Assembly (NCBI RefSeq): GCF_004324835.1 | Contig: NW_021163015.1 | Coordinates: 3,016,323 to 3,080,322, forward strand | DNA length: 64,000 bases | Direction: 5' to 3' | From: Dendronephthya gigantea | Lineage: Eukaryota | Shown: piece after piece, positions 13,166 to 23,458 of the stretch | Position numbering within the stretch: position 1 is the stretch's first letter | Layout: every line of letters begins with the position of its first letter | The notes under the pieces: generated by a model | Told to the model about the DNA's origin: nothing | The model's database searches: none | What the model saw: only the letters and a program-made list of their open reading frames with translations | Position numbers and translations under genes: made by a program

Positions 13166-15024
13166 ATTATAGCGTCGTTTGTACAGTACATGCAAATTTG
13201 TAAATATAAATATTCCTATGTATTAGTCTATACTAAGTATAGTTATTGTTTATTGATAAAGTAGTTTTCATATTTAATGACCTGTTTAGGACACTGAAAT
13301 AAAAGGAAATTTTCCTGTAATACTGTTTTTACTCGAGGAGAGAAGAATAATTCAGTAAGCGCAGAAGAGAGTCTGGGAGCAGCTTGATCTTTAAAGAACA
13401 GTTAGAACTTGTTATTCCCGAGAGGCACTCGTGTATTCTTATCTAAACAATACTTTGTTTTTCCCTTCCTGTAGCTAAAACCAGAATAGAAGCTTTTTAG
13501 ACATTTTGATAGGTTCTCGTGTGAGCAAGCTGTTTTCAGAAAACTATCGTGCCATAGCTTATCTGTTCCCAAAAACTACTGCATGGTGTCCACCCGCATG
13601 ACCTGCACACCTGCCACTTGTGGCTATCTAGATACTTTATTTAAGGCGAGATTTGTGTCGCTTTTGACCGCACCTAGCAACAAAAAGCAAAAATAATATC
13701 GTTGAGTAATTGAGTTTATAGGTCACTCGGACAAGCTAGCGTACGTGTTTCTTTCTAGTATGTCGGCAACAAGTTTGTTTTGTTTTCCGCAAACAGGAAT
13801 GACAACAACAACTTGGGAGGATATGACAAAAATAGATCCTCATGTTGGGGTTTTACGTAATGAGATATTATTGACGGTAGCCGAGCTCTTTAATTAAATT
13901 TCAGATAAAACTTTGAGCGTTAAATGCAGTTAGAGTCGATCATTGGTTAGAGGCTGCCAGAGCTATTTTGGAGTGTGGCTCCTTTAAACATCCATGCTGG
14001 CATACATTTCATTTCTTTCTAAGATTTGCACAGTTTTGTTGAGAAAATTACGAAAAATGGATAAAGTTAAATGCCCCAACTATTCCTAAAATGTTGGTTT
14101 GAAATTGTCCATTCACGAGATTTTTCTCCAACATGCACTTGGTGGACTCAAAAATGCTGGAAATTTTAATGAGTTTAGCTTTGATTAATGATCTGTTGCC
14201 ATGGTCCACTTGGAATTGTAGCACGTAAAATAAAGCAGCCACGCTGGTGAATAATATCCAATAATTTACTTACAAGACAGGGAGGATGTCCATCAATCCT
14301 GGACACTTAACACCCTTGCGCAGATTGATTAACATTAAGTGCGCAAATCACGTTTCCAGTGACGTGTTTACCCAGTTATCGTTTGCCACGAGGATATATA
14401 AACATCCCAATACGTACGAGCATGCGAATTGATTAGTTTAGATGAGGTAATATTGTCGTTTTGATAAGAATCGTAAAGTATATTGTGGCGGAACCACTGG
14501 TAAACACAAGGCACTTTGTACAAAGATACCTGATAACCCAGCGACCCTTTTTATATGTGCACCAACCTTATAAAACACAGTGTTTACGACAAGTATTTTG
14601 CCCGAAAATTAGAATTAGAATGATCCGCATTGCTTTTTTGCGTTATCCTACTTGACCGCATCGCCTACGACTTCGCTAATCTGATAAAATAACGGAATAT
14701 CATTAGTCCTGAAGCAGAAATGGCCATTTGAGTTTTCAATGATATATCATTGAAGATATATTAACCCAAAAGGTTTTATAATGTAAACATCATTGGCTGA
14801 TGCCACAAATATTTCGGCACCATGGGTTACAAAGCGTTGCAATAAAGACGAGATTAATAATACTATTATTTATCATCTCAAGTGTTGACGAACAGCCTGG
14901 AGATAATTAAATTACCAGAGCGTTTTGTTGTGTTTAAAGTTTCCTGTAGTTGAAGCGAGAGGGTTAAAGAAAGGCGAAGAAGTGTTCCAGAAGGAAGGAG
15001 GAAGGAAATCATCCCTCAGGGATC

Positions 15025-18000
15025 ATGATGAAAACGAAAAAGCGTTCATCATCAACTACAAAACATGTCAATGTCATCGTACTTGGTCAGGATGGTGTTG
15101 GAAAGTCAGGTCAGAAATTCAGAATTAATGAAATATCGATCAGTCTAATGTAGGTTTATAACTTATAAGCAGATAGCATGTGGTTTATTGGAGCAAAGAG
15201 CCAAAGACGTTCTTGCACCATCAAATATTTTTTTATCAAAAACCATTACGCAATAAAGATTATTAAGCCTCGTTGGAAGTTTGGGGCAAGAAGCTCTCTC
15301 TTATTTTAGTCTATCATAGTGAACGAGATAGACTATAAATAATAATATACTGGGTTATGTGTTGCAAAATTCATGGAAGGCTGTTATTGACTATATTTGT
15401 ACAGTTTGAACTGTGTAAGATGACAAGTAAACGATGGAGTGATAGCACATGATTGTCATTATGCATGCAAATACTGCATATTTGTTCATCTCTCATAAAC
15501 CTCGATTACCTAAAACTAAAGGGTATGTTCTGTTCAGTCTTGCTTTGGTGAATTTCCTTTGTTTTTGTGCGGGATTTCCGCACAAAAGAAGTCATTCAGT
15601 ATACGCGTTGCGGTAATTAACAGAATGATAACGGAGATGAATTATTAAACACCATCCCGCTAGTTCAAGATAACATGCAGCTTGCATCGTGATTACACAT
15701 TCTGTGTCGTTCACTCGTTCTTGTAACCAGACATTTTACGCAATACCGCTTCTAAAACGTCACATTGCGTCATTACATTTTTCTTCTCATCTTGACAGGT
15801 AGAATGGTCTAGTGTTTTACACAATTGTAGCGAAATCTTCAATGACTCTTCATCACATTTCTAAAGTCTACTGCGGTCAAGAAAGGTTAAGGACATTGTT
15901 TTTTTTCCAAATTGCGTTGACACAAGCCGTGATTTCATTTCAAGTTTGATGGCCAGAGCATTATTCTGACCATCTTTCTATTTCAGTTTTCAACGAAGAT
16001 CCGATTTAAATTTTTTTGCAAACTGGTTATAACACAGACTTCATGCATTTATGATTTGATACAAGTTATGACTAAACTACAAATACTATTTGTTTTGTTT
16101 CTTAATTCCACTCATTTTTCGCCAAAAATGGTTAAGAAGAATTCGAGGTTTGCACCGTTTGCTGGAAAATATGGCTGAGAGATCTTACATAAATATCGTC
16201 AATCTGTCGTTGCTGTCAACAACATCTGATAGATGTTAAACGAAACTAGATTAGGTTAAATTGCTTGCATTTTATGATATCCGAATCGGCGAGGATTTCA
16301 CTGCATGAATTGATTTTTGACGATTGAAATAAGCTGATGTTAGCCTGTAGTTAGCCGGAGAACATGCAAAATACAATTACTCTCTTAGATTATTATTATT
16401 TACTGAATATCAAATAAGCATTTAACTTATACACCTGTCAGTACCTAGACACATTGCAACAAGATAAGTACATATATAGCTACATCGCGTTCAATCATAT
16501 AGTTGCAGTGAAAAACACTCCATTAGATCACAGTCATTTTTACTTCGCTGAGAGGAATGAATTAATACAATTATCTGCACTGCATCAAAGGACTCTTTAT
16601 AAGTGAATATAGTTTTCGATTTTTCTTCTTCCAGTTTCTACGTATCATTTGTTTATTTGAGTGTCTCCTGACCTGATAACCTAAAATAATAGCAGATAGG
16701 ATTGCCATATGAGCCACAGATATTCAGTGCATGCAGAGCAAATTGTAAGAAATATCGTTTTATTTTATGCCTCCGTGTTTAATCCACCTTGTCAGTTTAA
16801 TTGGGTATTTGAGACCTACCAAATCAGATTATAAAATACCAAGCCTAAAAACAGTGGCAGAAAATGAAAACAAGGAAGGAAATACGATTCCCGGCACAGG
16901 CAGCAGATTAAAAAATTCCACTTCCAGCCCACCTGCATTGCGAGGCTGTCTTCTCGTAATTTCATGTTTGGATTTTTAATATTTTAACTTAATATAAAAC
17001 TAAACAGATCCTAAAACCAAAAAGATTTTGCCTATAAGTTGGTCCTTATAAGAAAATTCTGGATTGTTTACGTTGATTCATCGTTGCACTGTTTATTTTC
17101 ATTTCAAGTATGTAAATATATAATCGCATTGCAACCATTTAGCGTGCCACGACTGTATTTTTTTGTTTAAGCAGAAAGAGATTTAATATGTACAGGGTTC
17201 AATGGGTTAAGTTAAAGTTAGATATGACTCTCATCGATCTTGGCCCAATTAAAATCTGATTTGCATCTGCCAGTCCAGAGGATTTTCATGCAGCGGAAAG
17301 GAATGAATTGCTAGTTTTTTAAAAAGAGAGCAGACGGCGTGGTTGAGCAAGCAATACAGATTTCACCGGATTAGTTATTTGATGGACCTGTGTAAATTGC
17401 ATAGGCTCTATCGACTGACTCATCATTAAAATTAGCCTTGTCTGTTGACTTTGTTTTTAAATTCGTTGACTCTCTTTCGTTTTCTTCATGTCTTGCCAAT
17501 TGCTCTAAAAATTGTACTTTTATTTTAGCTTTTACAGTTCGTTTGAAAACAAAGCGCTTTATTTGGGAATACAGTAATATTGGTAAGTCTTATTGTTTAG
17601 GCGAGTGATGAAACATTTTGAGGGTAAGCGTTGTACAACTAAAATATTTTGTGTATTTAGAGGACAGTTATAATCACTGCTTAGAATATGAAGGAGAAAA
17701 TGTTTCATTGACAATCACAGATACATCCGGACTGGTAAGATTACTCGCAATTCTTTTAACGATTTTAATGATCAATTCTTTAAAGCTTCGTCTTTGTTCA
17801 CATGATGACATTGGTTGATGCCAAAAAAATGTCTGACTTTAAAGCTTCACTTTGAAACTTATTGGCTTGTTTTAAATGAAATGATTTACACAACTTTTGA
17901 TGAACATATTACGTTACTCAGCTCTTCACAAACATTAAACTTCTGTCTTCAGAAATCTGAGAAAGAACTTGAAGAATATCTTAGAATTGGAGACTTGTAC

Positions 18001-18369
18001 ATAATCATGTACTCAGTCACGGATCGAACATCATTCCTAGAATCCAGACGTCTTGGAAGCTTTCTGCGAGAGAATAATTCTGGGAATTTCGAGATGGCAC
18101 TTGTCGGAAACAAAACTGATTTAGAACATGCCAGAGAAATCATGGAAAGCGAAGGAACTTCACTTTCGGAGGAATTAGAATGCAAATTCTATGAAATATC
18201 TGTGGCAAAAAACTTCTTCGATGTTGAGTACATGATGAATGATGCGGTGAAAGGATTCACAAAAGCGTCAGAGTGTAGATCAAGTAGAACTTCATTATTG
18301 AAAGTGAAGGAAAATTTATCGCGGAACAAGTCTTTTAGATCGTTCAAAAGAAGAATGTCGATTTCGTAA
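15025..18369 (+). CDS. Ras-like small GTPase, RERG/RASL11/RASL12 subfamily (paralog B), 4 coding exons with the same intron positions and phases as paralog A, no CAAX motif
   Basis: Exons 15025-15109 (MMKTKKRSSSTTKHVNVIVLGQDGVGKS), 17529-17582 ([18 protein letters not shown]), 17661-17734 (EDSYNHCLEYEGENVSLTITDTSGL, G3 motif is DTSGL), 17953-18369 (KSEKELEEYLRIGDLYIIMYSVTDRTSFLESRRLGSFL...ALVGNKTDLEHAREIMESEG...FYEISVAKNFF...KRRMSIS*). Intron phases are identical to paralog A, which fits a tandem duplication. Confidence 0.8.
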
Positions 18370-18861
18370 TAGCGAATTCGCAAGAAGAGGCCAGGAGATC
18401 GATGTTGATCAGCGTGTGGGAGGAAGTTAGCAACAGAAGGCGAAGAGGAGAAATTAAAGTCGAGCTAATGCTGTTTTGATAAGCTTCAAAGTTACACGAT
18501 ACCGACTGAGTGATCTTGTAACCAAAGTCTCAAATCAACGCCATCATTAGAGACACTGAATACAAGGGCTCGCATACTCGATTAAATCCTATATTTTCCG
18601 TTTGTGAGTGGGCTCATTACGGCACTCCCGACGATGATATAATTTTAATAATTACTCTGACTGCAGACAATTGACTGGCCGCCCATGCGCGCTTGCATTG
18701 TTCTCGAATGATATCTTTTGACAAGTACTCAACTGCGCAATCGCTTTAATTAAAGCAGATTAAAAAGCCCACGAGATTTTGATTACGAAATGCGTTCATC
18801 ATTTTTATGTAAAAGTAATTAAAATATCAGGTAACAAACAGTTTATCGCAAACATTAATTT

Positions 18862-19569
18862 TTATTTTTTATCGACTCTTTTTACAGCTTTGTATATGTA
18901 AATATCGACATTTTCGTCGTAGTGTACTTTTGAAATCTCGAATTTCTCATTCAGAAGTCCAAGAAAGTTTCTGTCTCTCTTATATCTGATTTTACAGGAT
19001 AGTAACACTATAGTCCTGATATCACTTAACTCAGTGATCGTTTGAAGTAGCTGTGGAAATGTGTCTTCAATGTATACAATATCAGCACCAAGGATGTAAT
19101 CAAATGGGGGTTTAAACGGCGAGACATCTTGTCCCCATTCCAACTCACGGACATCAACAGAAGATGAGTTCAGATTTTTAATATTTCTCTTGACATTATC
19201 ATGAGCTAAGTCCAGAGCCATCCGTCTGTCTGTTATGGTGACTTGTGCTCCAAGGTAACCTGCAACAATCCCAACCAAACCAGTACCTGTACAACAAAAG
19301 GATATCAGGATTAGGATTAAAAGATTAGGATTTATAGATTCATGTGATCCAGTACCTGCTCCAAGCTCAATGACTCTCTTCCCAGTTAAATCCACCATTG
19401 TCTCTAAGTACTTTACTAAAACAAGGGCGGCGTCCCATACAACAGCTGCTACACCATTCGTCTCCCAATCTTGGCTAATATTCACTGTATGACCTGCAAA
19501 CGTGAACTCTCTTGAATCTGTTTGAAAAATTGTAAATAACTTGGGAGGTTCGTAAACTACCAATTCCAT
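18862..19569 (-). CDS. METTL21A: Protein-lysine methyltransferase METTL21A-like (seven-beta-strand methyltransferase), 2 coding exons with an in-frame 69-nt intron at 19287-19355
   Basis: Translation [56 protein letters not shown]...[43 protein letters not shown]...[79 protein letters not shown] aligns end-to-end with human METTL21A as I recall it ([32 protein letters not shown]...ILGADIIYLEETF...[26 protein letters not shown]). The intron (GTACTG...TTGTACAG) splits motif I, GAGTG|LVG. An in-frame ATG 90 nt upstream (19659) would prepend the hydrophobic peptide MLSIVLNKLLFVIAISAMMSCGEKSSSKNN. Confidence 0.85.
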   Translation of the reverse strand: [235 protein letters not shown]

Positions 19570-20186
19570 ATTATTTTTTGACGATGATTTTTCCCCACAG
19601 CTCATCATGGCACTAATAGCAATCACAAATAGAAGCTTATTCAGTACTATAGACAACATTAAATCATTTGTCTTGACTCAAAACTAATTGTAAACGTGTC
19701 CTATTTTTAAACCGCTCCTCGGATGGCGGCCATCTTTGTTTTAAAATATGGTTTATAGATTTTGTAAGTACTTCATGTAAATGGAGAATAGGAATGAGGA
19801 AAATGAATTTATAAACAACATTAGTAAGAAAGTCTGTAAGATTCCTTTAAAACTATCACAAAAAGGTTTAAGAGTTTCTTCACGTGAAGGGAATAAATCT
19901 ATTTGGTTAAATGTGAATTGTCATTTTCACTTTCTTTTTTCCCCTCTGTAATTTTCTTAACATGACTGAAATGTGTGCATTAAATATGGTCAGTGGTTGC
20001 GAACCTGCAACACTTCATTTAATGCTCGCCACAAAAAACGTGTCCAAACTCTAAAGTTCTAAAGTACAGTTTCAATTTGCTGTGTTTCTTGTGGTGGTAA
20101 ATTGTTCAGAAATTAAAGCAGATTCAAACGATTTGTGTGTTATATTAGAAAGGGAAAAGGCTCGAGTATCTCAAGGAGCAGTATAA
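19570..20186. promoter_or_regulatory. Putative bidirectional promoter, about 617 bp, between the divergent METTL21A-like (minus strand) and GPAA1 (plus strand) start codons
   Basis: The two genes are head-to-head. The interval has no ORFs and contains a CpG-containing stretch (CCGCTCCTCGGATGGCGGCC). This is inferred from gene arrangement only. Confidence 0.4.
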
Positions 20187-23100
20187 ATGGCAACAAAATT
20201 ACGAAGATTACTCAATTTGGTCCTCAGACATCATGTTAAAATTGGGTAAATATGATTAATATAAATATTTTATAGAGTTGAAGGCTGTGTACACTGGTCA
20301 AAAGGTTTTCCTCAGGTACACTTGTGCAAGGCAATATACCACCTTAATTTCGACTCTTACTACACCCCCCCTGTCTTGCACAATCGTAACTCATTCCCCC
20401 CCTTTTTTACTTCAGATTTCTGGGTTACATTAGTGGTGTGATTTGGTTTGTTGCGCTACTTCATCCATCATTTATTAGCCGAACATATTTCTCAGAAAAC
20501 GCCCTCCTGCCAGCTATGGTCGACACCCAATACCGTTATGGTCGTGAGGCAAAATCTTTAAAAGCTGAAGTTGAGAATCCTAGTGAAATGTACAGGTGAA
20601 TATAAGCCAAGATCAGGGATTGGACCCAGATTGGGAACATAGTATGTGATCTGTTTGATGATACATCCCAATAAAAGCTCTGACAACATTTACATATGAA
20701 TGTGTTTTAGGGACAATTTTCCACTGTGGTTAATGAATAAAATGACTGCAATTGGTTTAGAAGCATACCAACAGAACTTCACAGTTCATTTTCCCAAAGA
20801 ATTATCCATTCTAAATGATCCAATCAATGGGACGAATGTTTACGGTATTTTGAGAGCACCTCGTACTGCAAGGACAGAAGCATTAGTGTTTTTGGTACCG
20901 TTCAAAACACGAAAGACTGGACCATTTTATGAACTCGTGTTCTTGCTGTCGTTAGCAGAACATTTCAGGCGTAAGTGAAGTGAATTGTTTAGGAATTTTT
21001 ATAATACAATCTAATAAACTGTGTCTGTTTAGATAACATATATTGGTCAAAAGATATTGTATTCTTGGTGGTTGATCAAAATGAAATTGGTGTACAATCA
21101 TGGTTAGATGAGTACCATGGAATACAGTCGAAATGTAAGTTAGATTGGGTCTCTATATGCCACTCTCTAATATCTAGTACTCTCTAGTATCTATAGTTTT
21201 AAGATGATTGGAAATTCTTCAATGTTCTGTAGATGTGAAGTCCTCTCGAATGCTAGGCAGAGCTGGTGAAATACAAGCAGCCATCAGTTTAGAATTAGAG
21301 GACAGAGATATAAGTCACATGCAAGTTATGATAGAAAGTTTGAATGGACAACTTCCAAACCTCGATCTTGTGAACATGGTCATCAGATTATGCAGAAGTG
21401 AAGGCATTTCAGTGGCTTTAAAGAAATTGGTAGGATTATTTTTTGCGAAATGCCAAGAAGGGTATGGGAGTGACTTTGGGGCCATCGTATTCCCTAAAAG
21501 CATCTTCTAAATGAAACTTTAGCTGTATTCGAATATATCAAAATTATTTAAAATAACCACCCTGATTTTTTTAACCATTCAATGTCTATTTCTGTTTAAG
21601 CCTGTTCGGTTTTTCAACGATGGATTCGACGAGTACAGAAGTTCGCTAAGCACTATGGTATCAATGATGTTTGGTCAGGCTTCAGGTCGACCATCAGCCA
21701 ATCATGGCTTGTTTCCCAAATATGGTATTGAAGCTGTTACCCTGTTGGGGAAAAAAGCGGTTGGAGAGGCTCCTGTTGGTTTTGCCAGAGTTGGAAGGTT
21801 AGAAAAGAAGGATGTGGTGGTATATCATATAATTGATGTTTTAAGAAACATCTCTTTCTTTTCCCTAGGGCATTGGAAGGAATGTTTCGTAGTCTGAACA
21901 ATCTTCTTGAGAGATTCCACCAATCCTTTTTCTTCTACCTCCTACCCTCAACGTCCCATTATGTATCCATTGGTCTCTATATGCCCCCTCTCGGCTGTCT
22001 CATGATTGGACCAATTTTAGCTGCAATGGCTTGCTGGATTGCATCTGCTCTGGAGAAAGGTCTGGTTCAGAAATACTGTGATGAAATTTCAATTTTAATG
22101 TTGATGAAATGGTTGCACAAGATTTGTTAAGAGCAGCTCCTAAGCATTTAGTTGGATAAATGGATATTTAAAATACTACCTTTAATGGTTGACTCAATGT
22201 TGGGTTGTACTTTAGATGAAATCATGGATAATGTGGAAGAAGAATTAGAAAATAAACAGGAGAAAAATGGTGACAAAAATGAGGATGGTAAAACACAAGA
22301 AGATGAGAGCTCTGGAAAAACAGATGAATTACCTAAAAAAGACCCCATTGATAATGATGAGGAAGTGAGTGCACTTTAATCAACTATTTCAACCTTTGCC
22401 TTGATCTAAACTGCTCAGCTAACACTTCAAACATTTACTACAGCTAAACTGATCTAACCATCTATTTCTTTATTTAGTTTGCCTTCACTCAAATACCTCG
22501 TCATTTTGGCAAAGTTCTCCGTGTTATCCTTGCGGGACATTTGGTGGGGTTGTTGGTCTACCTCAGTCCATACATGTTACGGTTCAAGCATGTGTTTAAG
22601 GTCAAATGGGACCCTTCAAATTTCACTATTTTTGTTTTATTTGGGGCATTTCTGCTTGGCTCAAATCGAGGATTTATTATGAGGTATTAAAGAGGATAGT
22701 TTTGCAGGGCAGATACACTCTCCCTTTTACTCTGAAAGTGTTATGATTGGGTCAGTTTTAGACATTACAATCTTAGTGTTATTTTTTCAGAATTACAAAC
22801 AATATGGAAAAAAGAGATGTGATCCTGTTAAAATCTATCGCTTTGGTGATATATGTTTGTCAAGTTGGATGTTTGGCAACAGTTAATTTTTCATTTGGAT
22901 TTTTCCTCGCAATTTTCACTGTACCAGCTTTCCTTCTTGTCCAGTCCACAAAAAACAGGTACTGTAGCTACGAATCTAGTATTTCAGAGAGTTTCAGTTG
23001 AGAATAACTGTTTATTCATCTTTTTGTAGGTTTCGTCGTCAGTTGCAAATACTACTAGTGTTTTTGGCCTCTCCCCCCTGTATTTTATTCCTATTGATAG

Positions 23101-23291
23101 TCGTTTACAGTTTCTTTACGACTGAAACAAAACACATTAGTGAGCTGATGCGTAATTCAAAGACATTATTTAGAGACAGTATTCTTTCATCTCTTCGTGA
23201 TTTGGCACTGCTTGGGACTTGGTCATATCCTGTGGTCACTCTGGTTATCTTGCCTAACTGGCTTCTCTTTTGGTCAGTGGCAAACACATAG
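20187..23291 (+). CDS. GPAA1: GPI-anchor transamidase complex subunit GAA1 (glycosylphosphatidylinositol anchor attachment 1), 11 exons resolved
   Basis: Exons at about 20187-20245 (MATKLRRLLNLVLRHHVKIG), 20416-20595 (FLGYISGVIWFVALLHPSFISRTYFSENAL...), 20711-20970 (...GTNVYGILRAPRTARTEALVFLVPF...LSLAEHFR), 21033-21134 (NIYWSKDIVFLVVDQNEIGVQSWLDEYH), 21233-21429 (...MLGRAGEIQAAISLELEDRD...[18 protein letters not shown]...), 21601-21797, 21869-22059 ([42 protein letters not shown]...), 22216-22373 (acidic insert), 22478-22683, 22791-22958 (...IALVIYVCQVGCLATVNFSFGFFLAIFTVPAF...), 23030-23291 (...YPVVTLVILPNWLLFWSVANT*). These track human GPAA1 segment by segment as I recall it (NVYGILRAPRAASTESLV..., QIYWAKDIIFLV..., GRAGAIQAAVALE...[40 protein letters not shown]...[29 protein letters not shown], ...LLFWNVLFWK*). 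Confidence 0.85.
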
Positions 23292-23458
23292 GCTCTTTGG
23301 ATCAGGAGGGAATACAAGGAGTACACAGCCTGTTACAGAATTATCTTCAGTATTGAGGTTTTTTTGTTATTAATTTGAAAGAACAATAGAAAAGATATAA
23401 TTTCTTAGATTCAGTTTATTGCCTATAGTATATAGCTCAGTGGTCTGCGCGATCCAAT

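Noticed and set aside
17815-17952. N-terminal 46 aa of ORF 17815-18369 (MMPKKCLTLKLHFETYWLVLNEMIYTTFDEHITLLSSSQTLNFCLQ)
   Set aside because: This is intronic read-through upstream of the exon-4 acceptor (CTTCAG|AAATCTGAG). Homology to RERG begins exactly at the acceptor, and the preceding exons supply the G1-G3 motifs.
18862-19659. ORF-track model of METTL21A as a single 265-aa exon including [23 protein letters not shown]
   Set aside because: Comparison with METTL21A shows the extra 23 aa interrupt the invariant GAGTGLVG motif. The segment is bounded by GT...AG and is a multiple of three, so it is an in-frame intron and not coding sequence.
20182-20187. TATAAA immediately abutting the GPAA1 ATG as a TATA box
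   Set aside because: Its position, overlapping the start codon, is incompatible with a core-promoter TATA element about 30 bp upstream of a TSS. It is a coincidental hexamer.
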